From a virus (lineage: Duplodnaviria > Caudoviricetes): a stretch of DNA of 49,165 nucleotides. Location of the stretch: positions 1 through 49,165 of the IMG/VR virus record IMGVR_UViG_3300035183_000834. One strand, written 5' to 3'. Below are positions 35,960-45,407 of this stretch, piece after piece. The position numbers were made by a program, and so were the translations under genes. The notes beneath the pieces are model-generated. The model did no database searches, was not told the origin of the DNA, and saw nothing but the letters and a program-made list of their open reading frames with translations. Every line of letters starts with the position of its first letter. The stretch's first letter is position 1.

Positions 35960-36354
35960 TGTTGCATCTTGGCGCCTACGATCCCAACGAGGAAATGCTG
36001 GACGTCTACTACTCTGGAGCAGACGTTGCAGATACCAACGCAGATCCCAACGAGGAAATGCTCAGCTCCTATTACGCCTCCCCATCGTACGCCTCTCCAT
36101 CTGGTGGATCCTACAACACGATCCTGATCCCGGGAACAGTGCAGCCGCAGCAACAACCGCAGCAGCCACAGCAGCCGCAGCAGCCACAGCAGCAACAGCC
36201 GCAGCAGGTGCAGCAACAGCCGCAGCAGCAACCTCTTGTGGATTCAGGCGCAGTGTACAAGGTCACGACGAATGCGAAAGCGCCTCCGGACGTCCCTTGG
36301 GGTCTTTTGATCCTGGGCGCCGTGGCGCTGGTGATGTTTGTCAGAAACAATTAG
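35956..36354 (+). CDS. Tail-anchored protein with poly-Q/P tract
   Basis: HLGA motif, duplicated DPNEEML, CAG-rich repeat, C-terminal TM. Confidence 0.7.
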   Translation: MMLHLGAYDPNEEMLDVYYSGADVADTNADPNEEMLSSYYASPSYASPSGGSYNTILIPGTVQPQQQPQQPQQPQQPQQQQPQQVQQQPQQQPLVDSGAVYKVTTNAKAPPDVPWGLLILGAVALVMFVRNN

Positions 36355-36362
36355 AGGTTTTT

Positions 36363-36650
36363 ATGTTTGTGAATCTGGGCAGCACGGAATCAACAACGAT
36401 TTCCAGCCAGGGCGGATTCCTCGTGGCGAACGCGGCTGGCTCCGCTGCCACGGACTGCTCGGATGTCCGCAACTGGAGAACCGCCGTGATCAACGGAAAG
36501 TGTGTGCAGATCTGCGGCGCGGACCTGTCTACGGCGATTGAACTGGATCCCGCATCCTGCCGGCAGGGAACGATTCTCGGCATGGATTCCAGGACTGTTC
36601 TGCTCGCCGCCGCAGGGGGAATCCTGCTGCTGGTTCTGGTGAAGTCATGA
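36363..36650 (+). CDS. Small Cys-containing tail-anchored protein
   Basis: GAGG SD; MFVNLGS; C-terminal TM. Confidence 0.7.
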   Translation: MFVNLGSTESTTISSQGGFLVANAAGSAATDCSDVRNWRTAVINGKCVQICGADLSTAIELDPASCRQGTILGMDSRTVLLAAAGGILLLVLVKS

Positions 36651-36949
36651 AGGACACGACCGGGCGTCTCGACATTCTGGCTTTCGGCATCCTCGAGCGC
36701 ATCGTGCAGCGGGATCCGGTGGCAAGCGCCGTGTTCCGCCTGCTGGAGCCGCAGATCCGGGACACGCTGCGAGTGCTGGACGTGCCATCGATCCGCACAG
36801 CAGTGCAGCAGGAAGCGGCGAAGGCGAAAGCGGAGAGCCGGCGGAAGGTGCCGCCTCCCAGCCGGAAGAGGAAGCAGATTCCGGCTGCGGTGACCGTAAC
36901 CGGATCGGATGGCAGAGCCGAGGTCGTGGAAGCGGAGTGGATTTCATGA
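36647..36949 (+). CDS. Hypothetical protein
   Basis: ATGA-coupled on both sides. Confidence 0.65.
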   Translation: MKDTTGRLDILAFGILERIVQRDPVASAVFRLLEPQIRDTLRVLDVPSIRTAVQQEAAKAKAESRRKVPPPSRKRKQIPAAVTVTGSDGRAEVVEAEWIS

Positions 36950-37392
36950 TGGTGCGTCTCGGAGCAGTTTCGGTGACCGTGGTCGACAATCCGAACAAGT
37001 GCCCGGCGGGCACCTATCCGTCCACTATCGCCGTCGCCACCGGAGCGTCCACGCCCCGTTACGAGTGCCTGTCCGGCGAGCCGTGGTACTGCGAGTGGTT
37101 CGGCATCGGCTGCAAGGGCGTTCCCGCTGCGCCGCCCGCTGCGCCGCAGACCGAGCAGCAGTTGCGTGATCCGCTGCAATGGACGCCGGAGACGAGCGTG
37201 GATGCGACCAAGCAGGCCCAGGACGCAGTAACCGCTCAATGGCTCGCCAACACGGACGGAATCGCCCAGGTCCCGGCTTGGCTGTCGGACACCGGAAACG
37301 AGCTGAAGACCATGGTGACGGCGCCGGGATTGTGGTTCGTCGTGGGGGCCGCCGCGGTGGTGGCTGTGATCATTTTGGCAAAGAGGGTTTGA
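36946..37392 (+). CDS. Tail-anchored Cys-containing protein
   Basis: MMVRLGA; C-terminal TM+KR. Confidence 0.7.
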   Translation: MMVRLGAVSVTVVDNPNKCPAGTYPSTIAVATGASTPRYECLSGEPWYCEWFGIGCKGVPAAPPAAPQTEQQLRDPLQWTPETSVDATKQAQDAVTAQWLANTDGIAQVPAWLSDTGNELKTMVTAPGLWFVVGAAAVVAVIILAKRV

Positions 37393-37394
37393 CT

Positions 37395-37883
37395 ATGCCT
37401 TTCATCAACGTTCATCCAGCGCCCGGTCTCGGGGAAATGCTGCCGGGATGGTATTTGGTGCCAAACAATCCGTTCCAGCCCCGCAAACCTGTGGCGATCG
37501 GCAAAGGCATGGGGCTGATGCTGCCTGCGTCGACGCCGATTCCGCAGAATCCCCTGATCGACACGCTGAAAACCGTGGGGATGCCCGCGGGGCAGACGGG
37601 CAAGGTGGGCGTGATCAACGGGCTGGGCGTGATCGATCTGGAGCAGTATGCAGCGAAGCTCGATCCGCGCAGCTGGAGCATGAACACCTGGCTGATCATC
37701 GGCGGCGCTTTGCTGATCATCCTGCTGATGACCCGCAAAGGCGCCAGCCGCTACGAGTACAAGGCGGCGAAAGCGGAGGCGAAGGCGCAGTACTACGCAG
37801 CGCTCGCCGCCGCCAAGAAGAAGCATCCGACCTTCATTGGAGCTGCTTACCAGCGCTACCAGCCGAAGGTATTCCTGGCTTAG
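37395..37883 (+). CDS. Membrane protein with repeated G[LM]G..PxNP motifs
   Basis: PGLGEMLP..VPNNPF, KGMGLMLP..IPQNPL, NGLG; one TM. Confidence 0.7.
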   Translation: MPFINVHPAPGLGEMLPGWYLVPNNPFQPRKPVAIGKGMGLMLPASTPIPQNPLIDTLKTVGMPAGQTGKVGVINGLGVIDLEQYAAKLDPRSWSMNTWLIIGGALLIILLMTRKGASRYEYKAAKAEAKAQYYAALAAAKKKHPTFIGAAYQRYQPKVFLA

Positions 37884-37892
37884 GAGACGAAC

Positions 37893-38474
37893 ATGAGCAG
37901 ACGCACTGGCGGACTCGTGATGGTCACCCCGGAGCGTGTCAGGCGCTTCAACCGGAGCTGGCCGGGATCGAAGCTGGATCCCGATCTCTACTACTACTTC
38001 GATTTCGACAGCGAAGGAACGCTGGTGGACGCATGGGCGCAGAGGACTCCAGGATCGAAACGCAGGATCGACACAGAGCCTTACGACGGGCCGGAACTCG
38101 TCGCGCTTGCCGAAGACGCGTACAACCTGCTCAGAACCAGGAAGTACAATCCGGCCTACGGCGACTACTACCTGGCCGACAGCCGCACGCACACGCTGAA
38201 GCGAGTGCCTGGCGACGAGATCGACGGCTGGAGGAGGCTGCAGAGTTCGACGCGCCGTCTGATCCGCGCGGGGGGCGATGATTTCTGGCGCCTGGTGAAT
38301 TCCGGCTGGCGCATTGTGAATCCGTATCTCGGATTCAAGCGGCTGACCGAGGAACTCGCGGCTCGCGGCGCAGAGTCGCCGCGCGCTCTCGCCGCATGGA
38401 TCGGAAGGCGAAAGTATGGAGCCAAGCGGTTCCAGAAGATGGCGCAGGAAGCGAGGCGGGGCAAACAGCGATGA
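37893..38474 (+). CDS. Modular protein segmented by NP motifs
   Basis: AGGAG SD; RKYNP, RIVNP; basic C-terminal module. Confidence 0.7.
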   Translation: MSRRTGGLVMVTPERVRRFNRSWPGSKLDPDLYYYFDFDSEGTLVDAWAQRTPGSKRRIDTEPYDGPELVALAEDAYNLLRTRKYNPAYGDYYLADSRTHTLKRVPGDEIDGWRRLQSSTRRLIRAGGDDFWRLVNSGWRIVNPYLGFKRLTEELAARGAESPRALAAWIGRRKYGAKRFQKMAQEARRGKQR

Positions 38475-39682
38475 ACATCTACAGCACAGGCGGAGACGAG
38501 GCGGTCTGGACCCCGGACGGGTCGGCGCACGCGCTCGGCAGCGCAGCGCACCTGGACTACGAGTCTGCAGTGGAGCTGTTGCGGATCCTGGGACTGGCGA
38601 AGGCCAGGAATCCGAAAAAAGGCGCTGGAGAGGAGGATCCCTGGCGCAAGATTTCGGAAGACCGCGTGAAGAAGCTGCTTGCGTCGCCGGACATCAAGTC
38701 CCGGTTCAAGGCGGTGCAGGAAGCCCTGCTCGAACTCGGCATGGCGCCGTCGAAGGACAAGGCGCAGGCAATCGTGCTGTGGTCGCCGCGCCGCCTGGCG
38801 AACGTGAGCCTCAACAGCGGCAACCAGAAGACCGGGCCGACGCTGTGCACCAACGCCTCGCAGGCCAGCTGCCCCGACGGCGTCAACAACGCTAGCGGAT
38901 TCCGCTGCCCGCTGTACGACTCCGGCTGCTACGCGGAGGACGGCAATCAGGGCCTGCAGCACACGGCCAAGCTCAACGAGGCTGCAGGGATCAACACGGG
39001 AAAGCGCGCAGTGGGCAAGGATCCGTCCAGGAGCCGCTACACGCCGGAGGATGTAGCCGAGGACGAAGCGGCGGTGCTCAGGATCGTGCATCCGTTCTGG
39101 CAGCTGCTGCGGCTGAACAACGGCGTGCGGCTGCACGTCGTCGGCGACTGCGTGACTCCGGCTGCGGCGAGAACCGTCGGCGCTGCGGCCCGGCTGTTCG
39201 CCGAGGGCAGGCTGACCGGCGCAGGCGTGCGCGAGAGCGGCGCGGCGGATGCGCGGAACGTGTGGAACTACACGCACGGCTGGCGCGACGTGCCGCGCTC
39301 GGCGTGGCCCGGCGAGATCAGCGTGCTGGCCAGTTGCGACACGGTCGAGGATCTTGAGGAGGCGCACCGCAAGGGATACGGCGCCGCCGTAGTCGTGCCC
39401 GACTACATCCAGCAGAAGATTGGCGAGACGGTGCGCTACTCCGGCAAGGCGATGACGACGGAGAACGGTTTCCGCCTGATCCCGTGTCCTTACGAGGTGG
39501 CTCACAAGAACAATCAGGGCCAGCGAATGTGGTGCATCGAGTGCAAACTCTGCCTGAGAGACGATTTCCTGCACAGCACGCGAAGCGCCATTGCGTTCGC
39601 TGCGCACGGTACGTCGGGTGCGAAGCGCACCACGGCGCAGCTTATCCAGATCGAGAGTCTGAAACCAGGAGCATCAGCATGA
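38471..39682 (+). CDS. Cys-rich Gp88-like putative metalloprotein with N-terminal RNP leader
   Basis: SGNQKTG..SCP..CP..GCYA; RLHVVGD; NYTH; CP..CIECKLC..FAAHG. Confidence 0.6.
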   Translation: MNIYSTGGDEAVWTPDGSAHALGSAAHLDYESAVELLRILGLAKARNPKKGAGEEDPWRKISEDRVKKLLASPDIKSRFKAVQEALLELGMAPSKDKAQAIVLWSPRRLANVSLNSGNQKTGPTLCTNASQASCPDGVNNASGFRCPLYDSGCYAEDGNQGLQHTAKLNEAAGINTGKRAVGKDPSRSRYTPEDVAEDEAAVLRIVHPFWQLLRLNNGVRLHVVGDCVTPAAARTVGAAARLFAEGRLTGAGVRESGAADARNVWNYTHGWRDVPRSAWPGEISVLASCDTVEDLEEAHRKGYGAAVVVPDYIQQKIGETVRYSGKAMTTENGFRLIPCPYEVAHKNNQGQRMWCIECKLCLRDDFLHSTRSAIAFAAHGTSGAKRTTAQLIQIESLKPGASA

Positions 39683-41028
39683 GCGGATTGGATGCATTTT
39701 ATCGTTCGCTTGGCGTTGGCGGCGGGAGAAGGAACCCTTACCACCGCAGCAGGAATCCGAAAACCTCATACTCGATGACGCGCCTGCAAAACGACATGGC
39801 GCGGCTGCCGACGTACTACGAGACCATAGGCGAAGTGAACGACGCCATCGACCGCACGCTGCGCAAGCACGGACTGTCGCTTGCCGGCTACGTCGATCAG
39901 GCCGTGCCGTACGACCAGACCCGGATGATGATCCTGCCGACATCGGATCCCACGCTCTATCTCTCCGTGCAGATCTACCGCACTCCCAACGGGAGGTACG
40001 AGCTGACGACGTACGCGACGCGGGACTCCCGGCGCCGGCGCAATCCGGAGGGCGACGTGGAGGACACGGCGGCAGAGTACATCACCCGCGAGCTGATCCG
40101 GCGGTGGGGATCCGATGTGATGTCCGGCAGTTCCGTTTACGAGGAAGCGATTCCGCTGGGCAAAGGCGCAGCGATGATCGTGCGCCCGGCGGAAACCTAC
40201 CAGGAACGAGGATCCGCGCTCTTCGACGTCTACTTCTGGACCGAGTCCAGCGGCGCCGGCGGAGAATGGCGGCGCAACAGCGACGTCTATTTCGAATCGA
40301 TGGTCAGCTCGGACGACTGGGACCTGTCGGATCTCAAGGAGGCTTTGCACTACGCCATGCATCACAAGACCCTGCGCGGGTTCCAGCCCGTGCATTCCAA
40401 GGTGACAAACAAGGTTCTGCCGCCGGAAACCCGCTTCGGCATCATGCGCAACCCGGGTGGGGACGAGCCGACGGAATTCGAAGTCGACGCCGACGTCCCT
40501 GCCGGCTCCGGCGAGGAGCCGCCAGAACTGCCCCGGCCTGAGCTTGCGCTCGACCGCGCCGAGTGGATTTACGAGGAATTCCACGGCAAACCAAGCGAGG
40601 AGCTGATCGAATCGGAAGAGGAAATCCGTTTGCGCGACACGCTGGCCGTGCTCGGGCGCCTGGTGCAGATCATCGTGGAGTCGGCAGACGCGTCCCGCTA
40701 CTCGATCACGTTCGGCGATGACACGATGCTGTGCGTCAGCGACGATGGCAAGCAGCTCTACGCCGTGGGCGGCGACCAGAGCCTCGACCTGGAGGCTCTG
40801 GGAGTCTCCGGACCCGCCGCTGAAAAGGACAAGGTTTTTGTCGGATCTGCGCTGCAGGTGACCTACCGCACGCGGAAGCAGTTCGACGACTTCGCCGAAG
40901 TGGACTACGTCCACGATTTCGGCGAGGATGGCGGAACATTGCCGCTGCTGGTGTACGACCGTCTCAACCAGACGGTGGAATTCGCCGGCGGCGACTACGA
41001 GATCAAGCGCGAGGGCATCGTCAACTGA
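39679..41028 (+). CDS. Multi-module protein segmented by RNP motifs
   Basis: RRNP, RSRNP, RRRRNP, MRNP between apparent domains; acidic C-terminal domain. Confidence 0.75.
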   Translation: MSGLDAFYRSLGVGGGRRNPYHRSRNPKTSYSMTRLQNDMARLPTYYETIGEVNDAIDRTLRKHGLSLAGYVDQAVPYDQTRMMILPTSDPTLYLSVQIYRTPNGRYELTTYATRDSRRRRNPEGDVEDTAAEYITRELIRRWGSDVMSGSSVYEEAIPLGKGAAMIVRPAETYQERGSALFDVYFWTESSGAGGEWRRNSDVYFESMVSSDDWDLSDLKEALHYAMHHKTLRGFQPVHSKVTNKVLPPETRFGIMRNPGGDEPTEFEVDADVPAGSGEEPPELPRPELALDRAEWIYEEFHGKPSEELIESEEEIRLRDTLAVLGRLVQIIVESADASRYSITFGDDTMLCVSDDGKQLYAVGGDQSLDLEALGVSGPAAEKDKVFVGSALQVTYRTRKQFDDFAEVDYVHDFGEDGGTLPLLVYDRLNQTVEFAGGDYEIKREGIVN

Positions 41029-41066
41029 CGCAGCCACCGCCTTGAGAAACCAACAGGGAGGCCTGT

Positions 41067-41819
41067 ATGGCGACAATCAAGCTGGTGCGGCGGCTAGCCA
41101 ATCCCCGGAGAGTCCGCCGCGCCAATCCGAGAAAAAGGCGGCTGAAGTCGCGCCGCCGCAACCCCGCGCTCGTGCTTACGCTCGGCGCAGTCAATCCGAA
41201 ACCCAAAAGGAGAAAGAACAGTATGGCTCGTTCCTATCGTCGTCGCAAGAACGCCCGGCGCCGCCGCACGGCTCGCAAGGCGATGGTGTTTCCTCTCATC
41301 CGCATGAAGGCCAACCGCCGGCGGCGCCGCCGGAATCCGGTCGTCATCCGCACTCGCCGGCGCTACGCCCGCAGGCGCCGGAATCCCGTGTTCAGCTCGG
41401 GCAACTGGACTGTCGTTGGCGGCGGCCTCGTCGGCGTGGCTGCCACCCGGTTCCTGGGCCAGGTGATCCCGCTGGGAATGCTGGGTTTCGCCGGCGGCAT
41501 GGCTCCGCTGCTGCGCGACGCCATTGCGGCGTTCGTGGTGAGCTGGGGCGGCAACGCCGTGGTGGGAACCGGCAGCGAGAGCAAGACCAAGTTCCGCGAC
41601 GGCATCACCTTCGGAGCGCTGATGCAGGTTGCGAGCACGGCGATCTCCGCCTTCGTGCCGAGCCTGCGGCAGTACGGCTTCGGCATCAGCGGCATGGGCT
41701 ACATGATGCCGGCGCAGTTCCCGGTTCCGCAGAATCCGCTCGGTCTGCCGCCCGCTCCGGCTCCGCAGGCCCGGGTCACGGCCAATGGCCTGTCCCGTGC
41801 GTTCGGCACTGCGCTCTGA
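41067..41819 (+). CDS. Protamine-like Arg-rich protein with C-terminal membrane domain, putative core protein
   Basis: Six NP motifs in an Arg-rich N-half; hydrophobic helices; GMGYMMP..PQNPL tail; directly upstream of the putative MCP. Confidence 0.75.
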   Translation: MATIKLVRRLANPRRVRRANPRKRRLKSRRRNPALVLTLGAVNPKPKRRKNSMARSYRRRKNARRRRTARKAMVFPLIRMKANRRRRRRNPVVIRTRRRYARRRRNPVFSSGNWTVVGGGLVGVAATRFLGQVIPLGMLGFAGGMAPLLRDAIAAFVVSWGGNAVVGTGSESKTKFRDGITFGALMQVASTAISAFVPSLRQYGFGISGMGYMMPAQFPVPQNPLGLPPAPAPQARVTANGLSRAFGTAL

Positions 41820-41950
41820 CGTTGTTTTCCGCAGGGGGGGCGCCCGTGCAAGGCGTGGCGCCCCGTCGGCGGCGGTGAGAAACCAGGCCCGGCAGAGATG
41901 CCGGAGATGATTCACAGCATCCGCCCCCAGGGCGGGAAGGAGACAATGCA

Positions 41951-42571
41951 ATGGCTGCTTATGACCAGATGATTCTCGATGCGTTTCGCAGCGAGACGTA
42001 CGTCAACAACCGGATGGACGTGCAGCACACGCCCATCTACGACACCATCGAAATCGCTGCCGGAGGCTCGGTGACCGAGCTGACCACGTCGTTCTTCACC
42101 AACGTCGGACCGGCCAGCAACAAGACCAAGGCGCAGACCAACATGAGCCAGTCGCGGCGGCTGCCCGCTCCGGAGGCGTTCTCGATCTTCGGATTCCGCC
42201 TGCGCTGGCGTGAGGACATCCTGGCTGCCGACCTGTTCGGGATTTTGAACAACTTCGTGCTCCAGTTCTACCTGGGCCAGAAGATCTACCAGGAAGCCCC
42301 GTTGTGGTACTTCAGCCCCGGCGGCGGCGTCAACGCGGTTGTGACGCTGGACGGCGCGGCGTCCTCCACGACCATCGACTACTTCACCAACGGCGTGCCG
42401 CATCGCGAGTCGATGCACAAGCTCGCCATCCCCATCGTCATCGAGAACCAGATGACGTTCTGGGCGCAGCTGGCCGGCGGCACCTACACTCTGACCGCCA
42501 GCGGCAGCGGCGGAACCGGACTCCAGCTCCAGCTCATCCTCGACGGCTTCTACGCCCGCGGCGTGCAGTGA
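41951..42571 (+). CDS. Putative major capsid protein, single jelly-roll type
   Basis: 206 aa all-beta pattern (PIYDT..FF..KTKAQTNM..LP..F; NGVP..PIVI..F..LDG..RGVQ), strong SD, followed by a hairpin; fold inferred. Confidence 0.65.
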   Translation: MAAYDQMILDAFRSETYVNNRMDVQHTPIYDTIEIAAGGSVTELTTSFFTNVGPASNKTKAQTNMSQSRRLPAPEAFSIFGFRLRWREDILAADLFGILNNFVLQFYLGQKIYQEAPLWYFSPGGGVNAVVTLDGAASSTTIDYFTNGVPHRESMHKLAIPIVIENQMTFWAQLAGGTYTLTASGSGGTGLQLQLILDGFYARGVQ

Positions 42572-42597
42572 GAATCCGTCAGTCAATGACGGCAACC

Positions 42598-42626
42598 GGG
42601 AGGGGGCTTCCCGAAGCCCCCTCTCC
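42598..42626 (+). terminator. Hairpin after the putative MCP gene (attenuator or stabiliser)
   Basis: AGGGGGCTTC-CC-GAAGCCCCCT; weak U-tract. Confidence 0.55.
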
Positions 42627-42660
42627 TAAGTCAAACTTGATGTGACAGGAGAAACGCACC

Positions 42661-43092
42661 ATGCGCAACAATCCCTATGCGCCGCCGGCGATCCGAGGCC
42701 TCGGCCGGCAGCCGGAAACGGCTCAGTACATTGACATCCCCCGGTTCCACCGCATCGAGGTGGCTCTGGCGGCGAGCGAGTTCATCCGCGACCGGGCGAG
42801 CGAGTTCAGCGACGAGGGTGATTTCATTCTCAGGGCCATCACCGTGGCTTCGTTCACCGGCGCGTTCAGCGTGCAGTTCACCGACGCCAACGGCTACGCG
42901 CTGTCCAACACGCTCATCAACCACTACACGTTCCTTGGCGCGAACAACAGCCCTGTGCCGTTTCCGGTGTTCCCCGAAGTGGTGTTCCCCAAGAGCAGCA
43001 AGATCAGCCTGAACATTCTCAACCTGACGACCTCGGCCAACACGGTGGTGTTCCTGCTGCACGGAGTGATGCGGGCGCAGGTGCTCAGGTAA
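42661..43092 (+). CDS. Putative minor capsid protein, jelly-roll-like
   Basis: DFILRAI..SVQFTD..LSN..PEVVFPKSSKISLNILN..LHGV. Confidence 0.6.
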   Translation: MRNNPYAPPAIRGLGRQPETAQYIDIPRFHRIEVALAASEFIRDRASEFSDEGDFILRAITVASFTGAFSVQFTDANGYALSNTLINHYTFLGANNSPVPFPVFPEVVFPKSSKISLNILNLTTSANTVVFLLHGVMRAQVLR

Positions 43093-43104
43093 GGAGGGCG
43101 GGCG

Positions 43105-43929
43105 ATGGACTACTTCGACCTGCCGTTCTTCTACGTCTACGACGCCGCGCCGCTGGCCAACGGGCAGAGCTACGACGGGCTGGCGCTCACGGTCGACCGG
43201 GACGCCGAGTTCCGCCTGCGGGCCGTGTTCGGCATCAACCTGGTGTGCTCCGGCGGGATCTACTTCTACGACGGCGCGGGCCGTCCGGCGACTCCGAGCG
43301 GCTTCATCCACCCGGGCAGCCAGCCGCTGCTGATCCAGCCGGAGATCGTCTATCCGCCCGCAGGGCAGATCCGGTTCAACCTGTCGAACGTGCAGCGGGC
43401 GGCGCACAACTACACCGGACCGCAGAAGGCGTACTACAGCGTCCTGGGATTCTACGGCGTGAAACGGTTCACTGGCGCCGCTGCGCAGCAGATAGCCGAA
43501 CAGGACCGCAGCAAGACGCCGTACCGCTACTACCCTTACCAGATCCGCAACGATCTGACGGTGAACATCTACAGCCACGTCTCGCCCGGCTTCACGCAGG
43601 AAGAATCGCCGCAGCAGTTCCGGATCGAGGTGGACAACTACGGCTACGACTGGTTCGCTCTGGCCGGCGAGCCGAGCCTGATCAACAACAAGCTGCTGCT
43701 GATGCCCTACGACTCGAGCGGCACGCGGCAGCTTGCCAGCGATTTCGTGCCGGCGTCGTTCCTGGCGTGGCGTCCGCACCGGCCATGGGCCTGTTTCCCT
43801 TCAGTGCCCGTGTTCTTCCCTGCCAGTTCACAAATGCGGATTGACTGGAAGAGCCGCTACACGGACACAGACACGCTGCCTGCAACGGTGCCGATCACGC
43901 TGATCGGAGCAAGGAGGATTGGATGCTGA
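43105..43929 (+). CDS. Putative capsid protein with two tandem domains paralogous to 42661
   Basis: PEIVYPPAGQIRFNL..FYGVKR and PVFFPASSQMRID..LIGARR. Confidence 0.6.
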   Translation: MDYFDLPFFYVYDAAPLANGQSYDGLALTVDRDAEFRLRAVFGINLVCSGGIYFYDGAGRPATPSGFIHPGSQPLLIQPEIVYPPAGQIRFNLSNVQRAAHNYTGPQKAYYSVLGFYGVKRFTGAAAQQIAEQDRSKTPYRYYPYQIRNDLTVNIYSHVSPGFTQEESPQQFRIEVDNYGYDWFALAGEPSLINNKLLLMPYDSSGTRQLASDFVPASFLAWRPHRPWACFPSVPVFFPASSQMRIDWKSRYTDTDTLPATVPITLIGARRIGC

Positions 43930-44450
43930 ACGCCATTGCCGACGGATTCACGCTGCATCCCGGCATGATTGAAGGACCGGGCCGCTACGAGCCGCTTGCC
44001 ATTGCGCAACTCGAACTGCTGCGGCAGGCGAAGACGTACCGTCCGTACTGGACGCTGGTGCCGGAGAACAACCAGACGATTCCCGCCTACGGCAGCTACC
44101 AGTACCAGGTGCACCTGAAGCCGGGCAGCTGGCTGTACGGGCTTCAGCTGACCGTGCTCAATGTCCTGGATCAGCCGGAGCTGGCGATGGACAAGGCCGT
44201 GCTGAGCGTGCAGATCACGGAGACCTACAGCGGGGCGCAGATATTCAGCGAGCACAGCCGGACGCAGCCGCTGTGCAACCAGTGCTGGTTCGGCGACGAG
44301 TCCCGGCTGCAGTTTTTCCTGCTGAGCGATCCGAAGGTGGTGATCGACCCGGGCGACCTGGACATCGACGTCTGCAATCTGACCGACTCGGCCCGCAAGT
44401 GGAACCTGATCCTGTTCGCCGCGGAGCCGTACGAGCTGGTGGAGGCGTGA
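43923..44450 (+). CDS. Putative minor capsid protein, jelly-roll-like
   Basis: SVQITE..IFS..PKVV..LDIDVCNLT..LILF resembles 42661. Confidence 0.55.
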   Translation: MLNAIADGFTLHPGMIEGPGRYEPLAIAQLELLRQAKTYRPYWTLVPENNQTIPAYGSYQYQVHLKPGSWLYGLQLTVLNVLDQPELAMDKAVLSVQITETYSGAQIFSEHSRTQPLCNQCWFGDESRLQFFLLSDPKVVIDPGDLDIDVCNLTDSARKWNLILFAAEPYELVEA

Positions 44451-44451
44451 G

Positions 44452-44985
44452 ATGCTGCAGGGCAGGTATGTTCCGAAGGCGAACGACGCAGACCGCACAC
44501 TGTGGACGTTGACGCTGGAAACGCCCCGCTGGAGAAGCGAGCGGCTGTTCGGCTCCAGCCGCTACCGTCTGGACCAGCCGCCGTGGCTGATCATGCCGCC
44601 GAATGCGATTCCGTTCCAGAAGTTCAACTCGGTTCCGCTTCCGGCCAACAACGGCCTGGACGTCACCGTGCTGCAGTTCACCGTTCCGCAGGGATATGAC
44701 GGCGTCATCAGCTCGCTGGTGCAGCAGTACACCGGCAACGGGTTTGTCGACGGCAGCGGCGACCTGAAGTGGCGCATCCGCATCGGCGACCGCTGGGCCG
44801 AGGACATGGGCAACATGATCACCCAGCTGGGCAGCCTGCAGTCGCCCTACCAGATCTACCGCAGCGGGGTCCGGCTGCGGGACCGGGACGTGGTCAGCTA
44901 CATGGTCAACCACTCGACGGGAAGCAGCCTGAGCGGAGGCCGCATCATCTGCGGCTGCTTCGGTTGGTATTATCCTACTGCCTGA
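44452..44985 (+). CDS. Putative jelly-roll capsid/penton-like protein
   Basis: TVLQFTVPQGYDG..YTGNGFVDGSGDLKWRIRIGD; paralog of the 47455 C-domain. Confidence 0.6.
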   Translation: MLQGRYVPKANDADRTLWTLTLETPRWRSERLFGSSRYRLDQPPWLIMPPNAIPFQKFNSVPLPANNGLDVTVLQFTVPQGYDGVISSLVQQYTGNGFVDGSGDLKWRIRIGDRWAEDMGNMITQLGSLQSPYQIYRSGVRLRDRDVVSYMVNHSTGSSLSGGRIICGCFGWYYPTA

Positions 44986-44995
44986 GGTATGAGGG

Positions 44996-45400
44996 ATGGC
45001 GAATGGACTGTACCGGAAAGCGTGCGAGGCGTACAGCTTCCCGAACATCATCGGGCACACAATCCGGGTGAGCCTGATCCGGACCGCCGGGGGCTACACG
45101 CCGAACCTGCAGACCGACCAGTTCTACTCGATCATCCCTGCCGCGGCAATCGTCTTCGAAGGGCCGTCGCTGACAGGCAAAACTTTCACCGGCGGCGTCT
45201 TCAAAGCGGACGACGTCAACTTCGGCGTCGTGCCTGCCAGCCCTGCTGCGGACGGAATGGTCATCTGGCGGGACACCGGCACACCGGCCACCAGCGAGCT
45301 GCTGGTCTGGTACGACACCGCGCCGGGGCTGCCGGTGACGCCGGACGGGCTGAACTTCATCGTGGTGCAGTGGCCGCCGACGTTCATCTTCCGGTTGTGA
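44996..45400 (+). CDS. Phage structural-type protein
   Basis: LTGKT..GVFKADDV.F..VIWRDTG..TSELL..D..GLPVTPDG..IFRL pattern familiar from virion gene clusters. Confidence 0.65.
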   Translation: MANGLYRKACEAYSFPNIIGHTIRVSLIRTAGGYTPNLQTDQFYSIIPAAAIVFEGPSLTGKTFTGGVFKADDVNFGVVPASPAADGMVIWRDTGTPATSELLVWYDTAPGLPVTPDGLNFIVVQWPPTFIFRL

Positions 45401-45407
45401 GGGCAGC

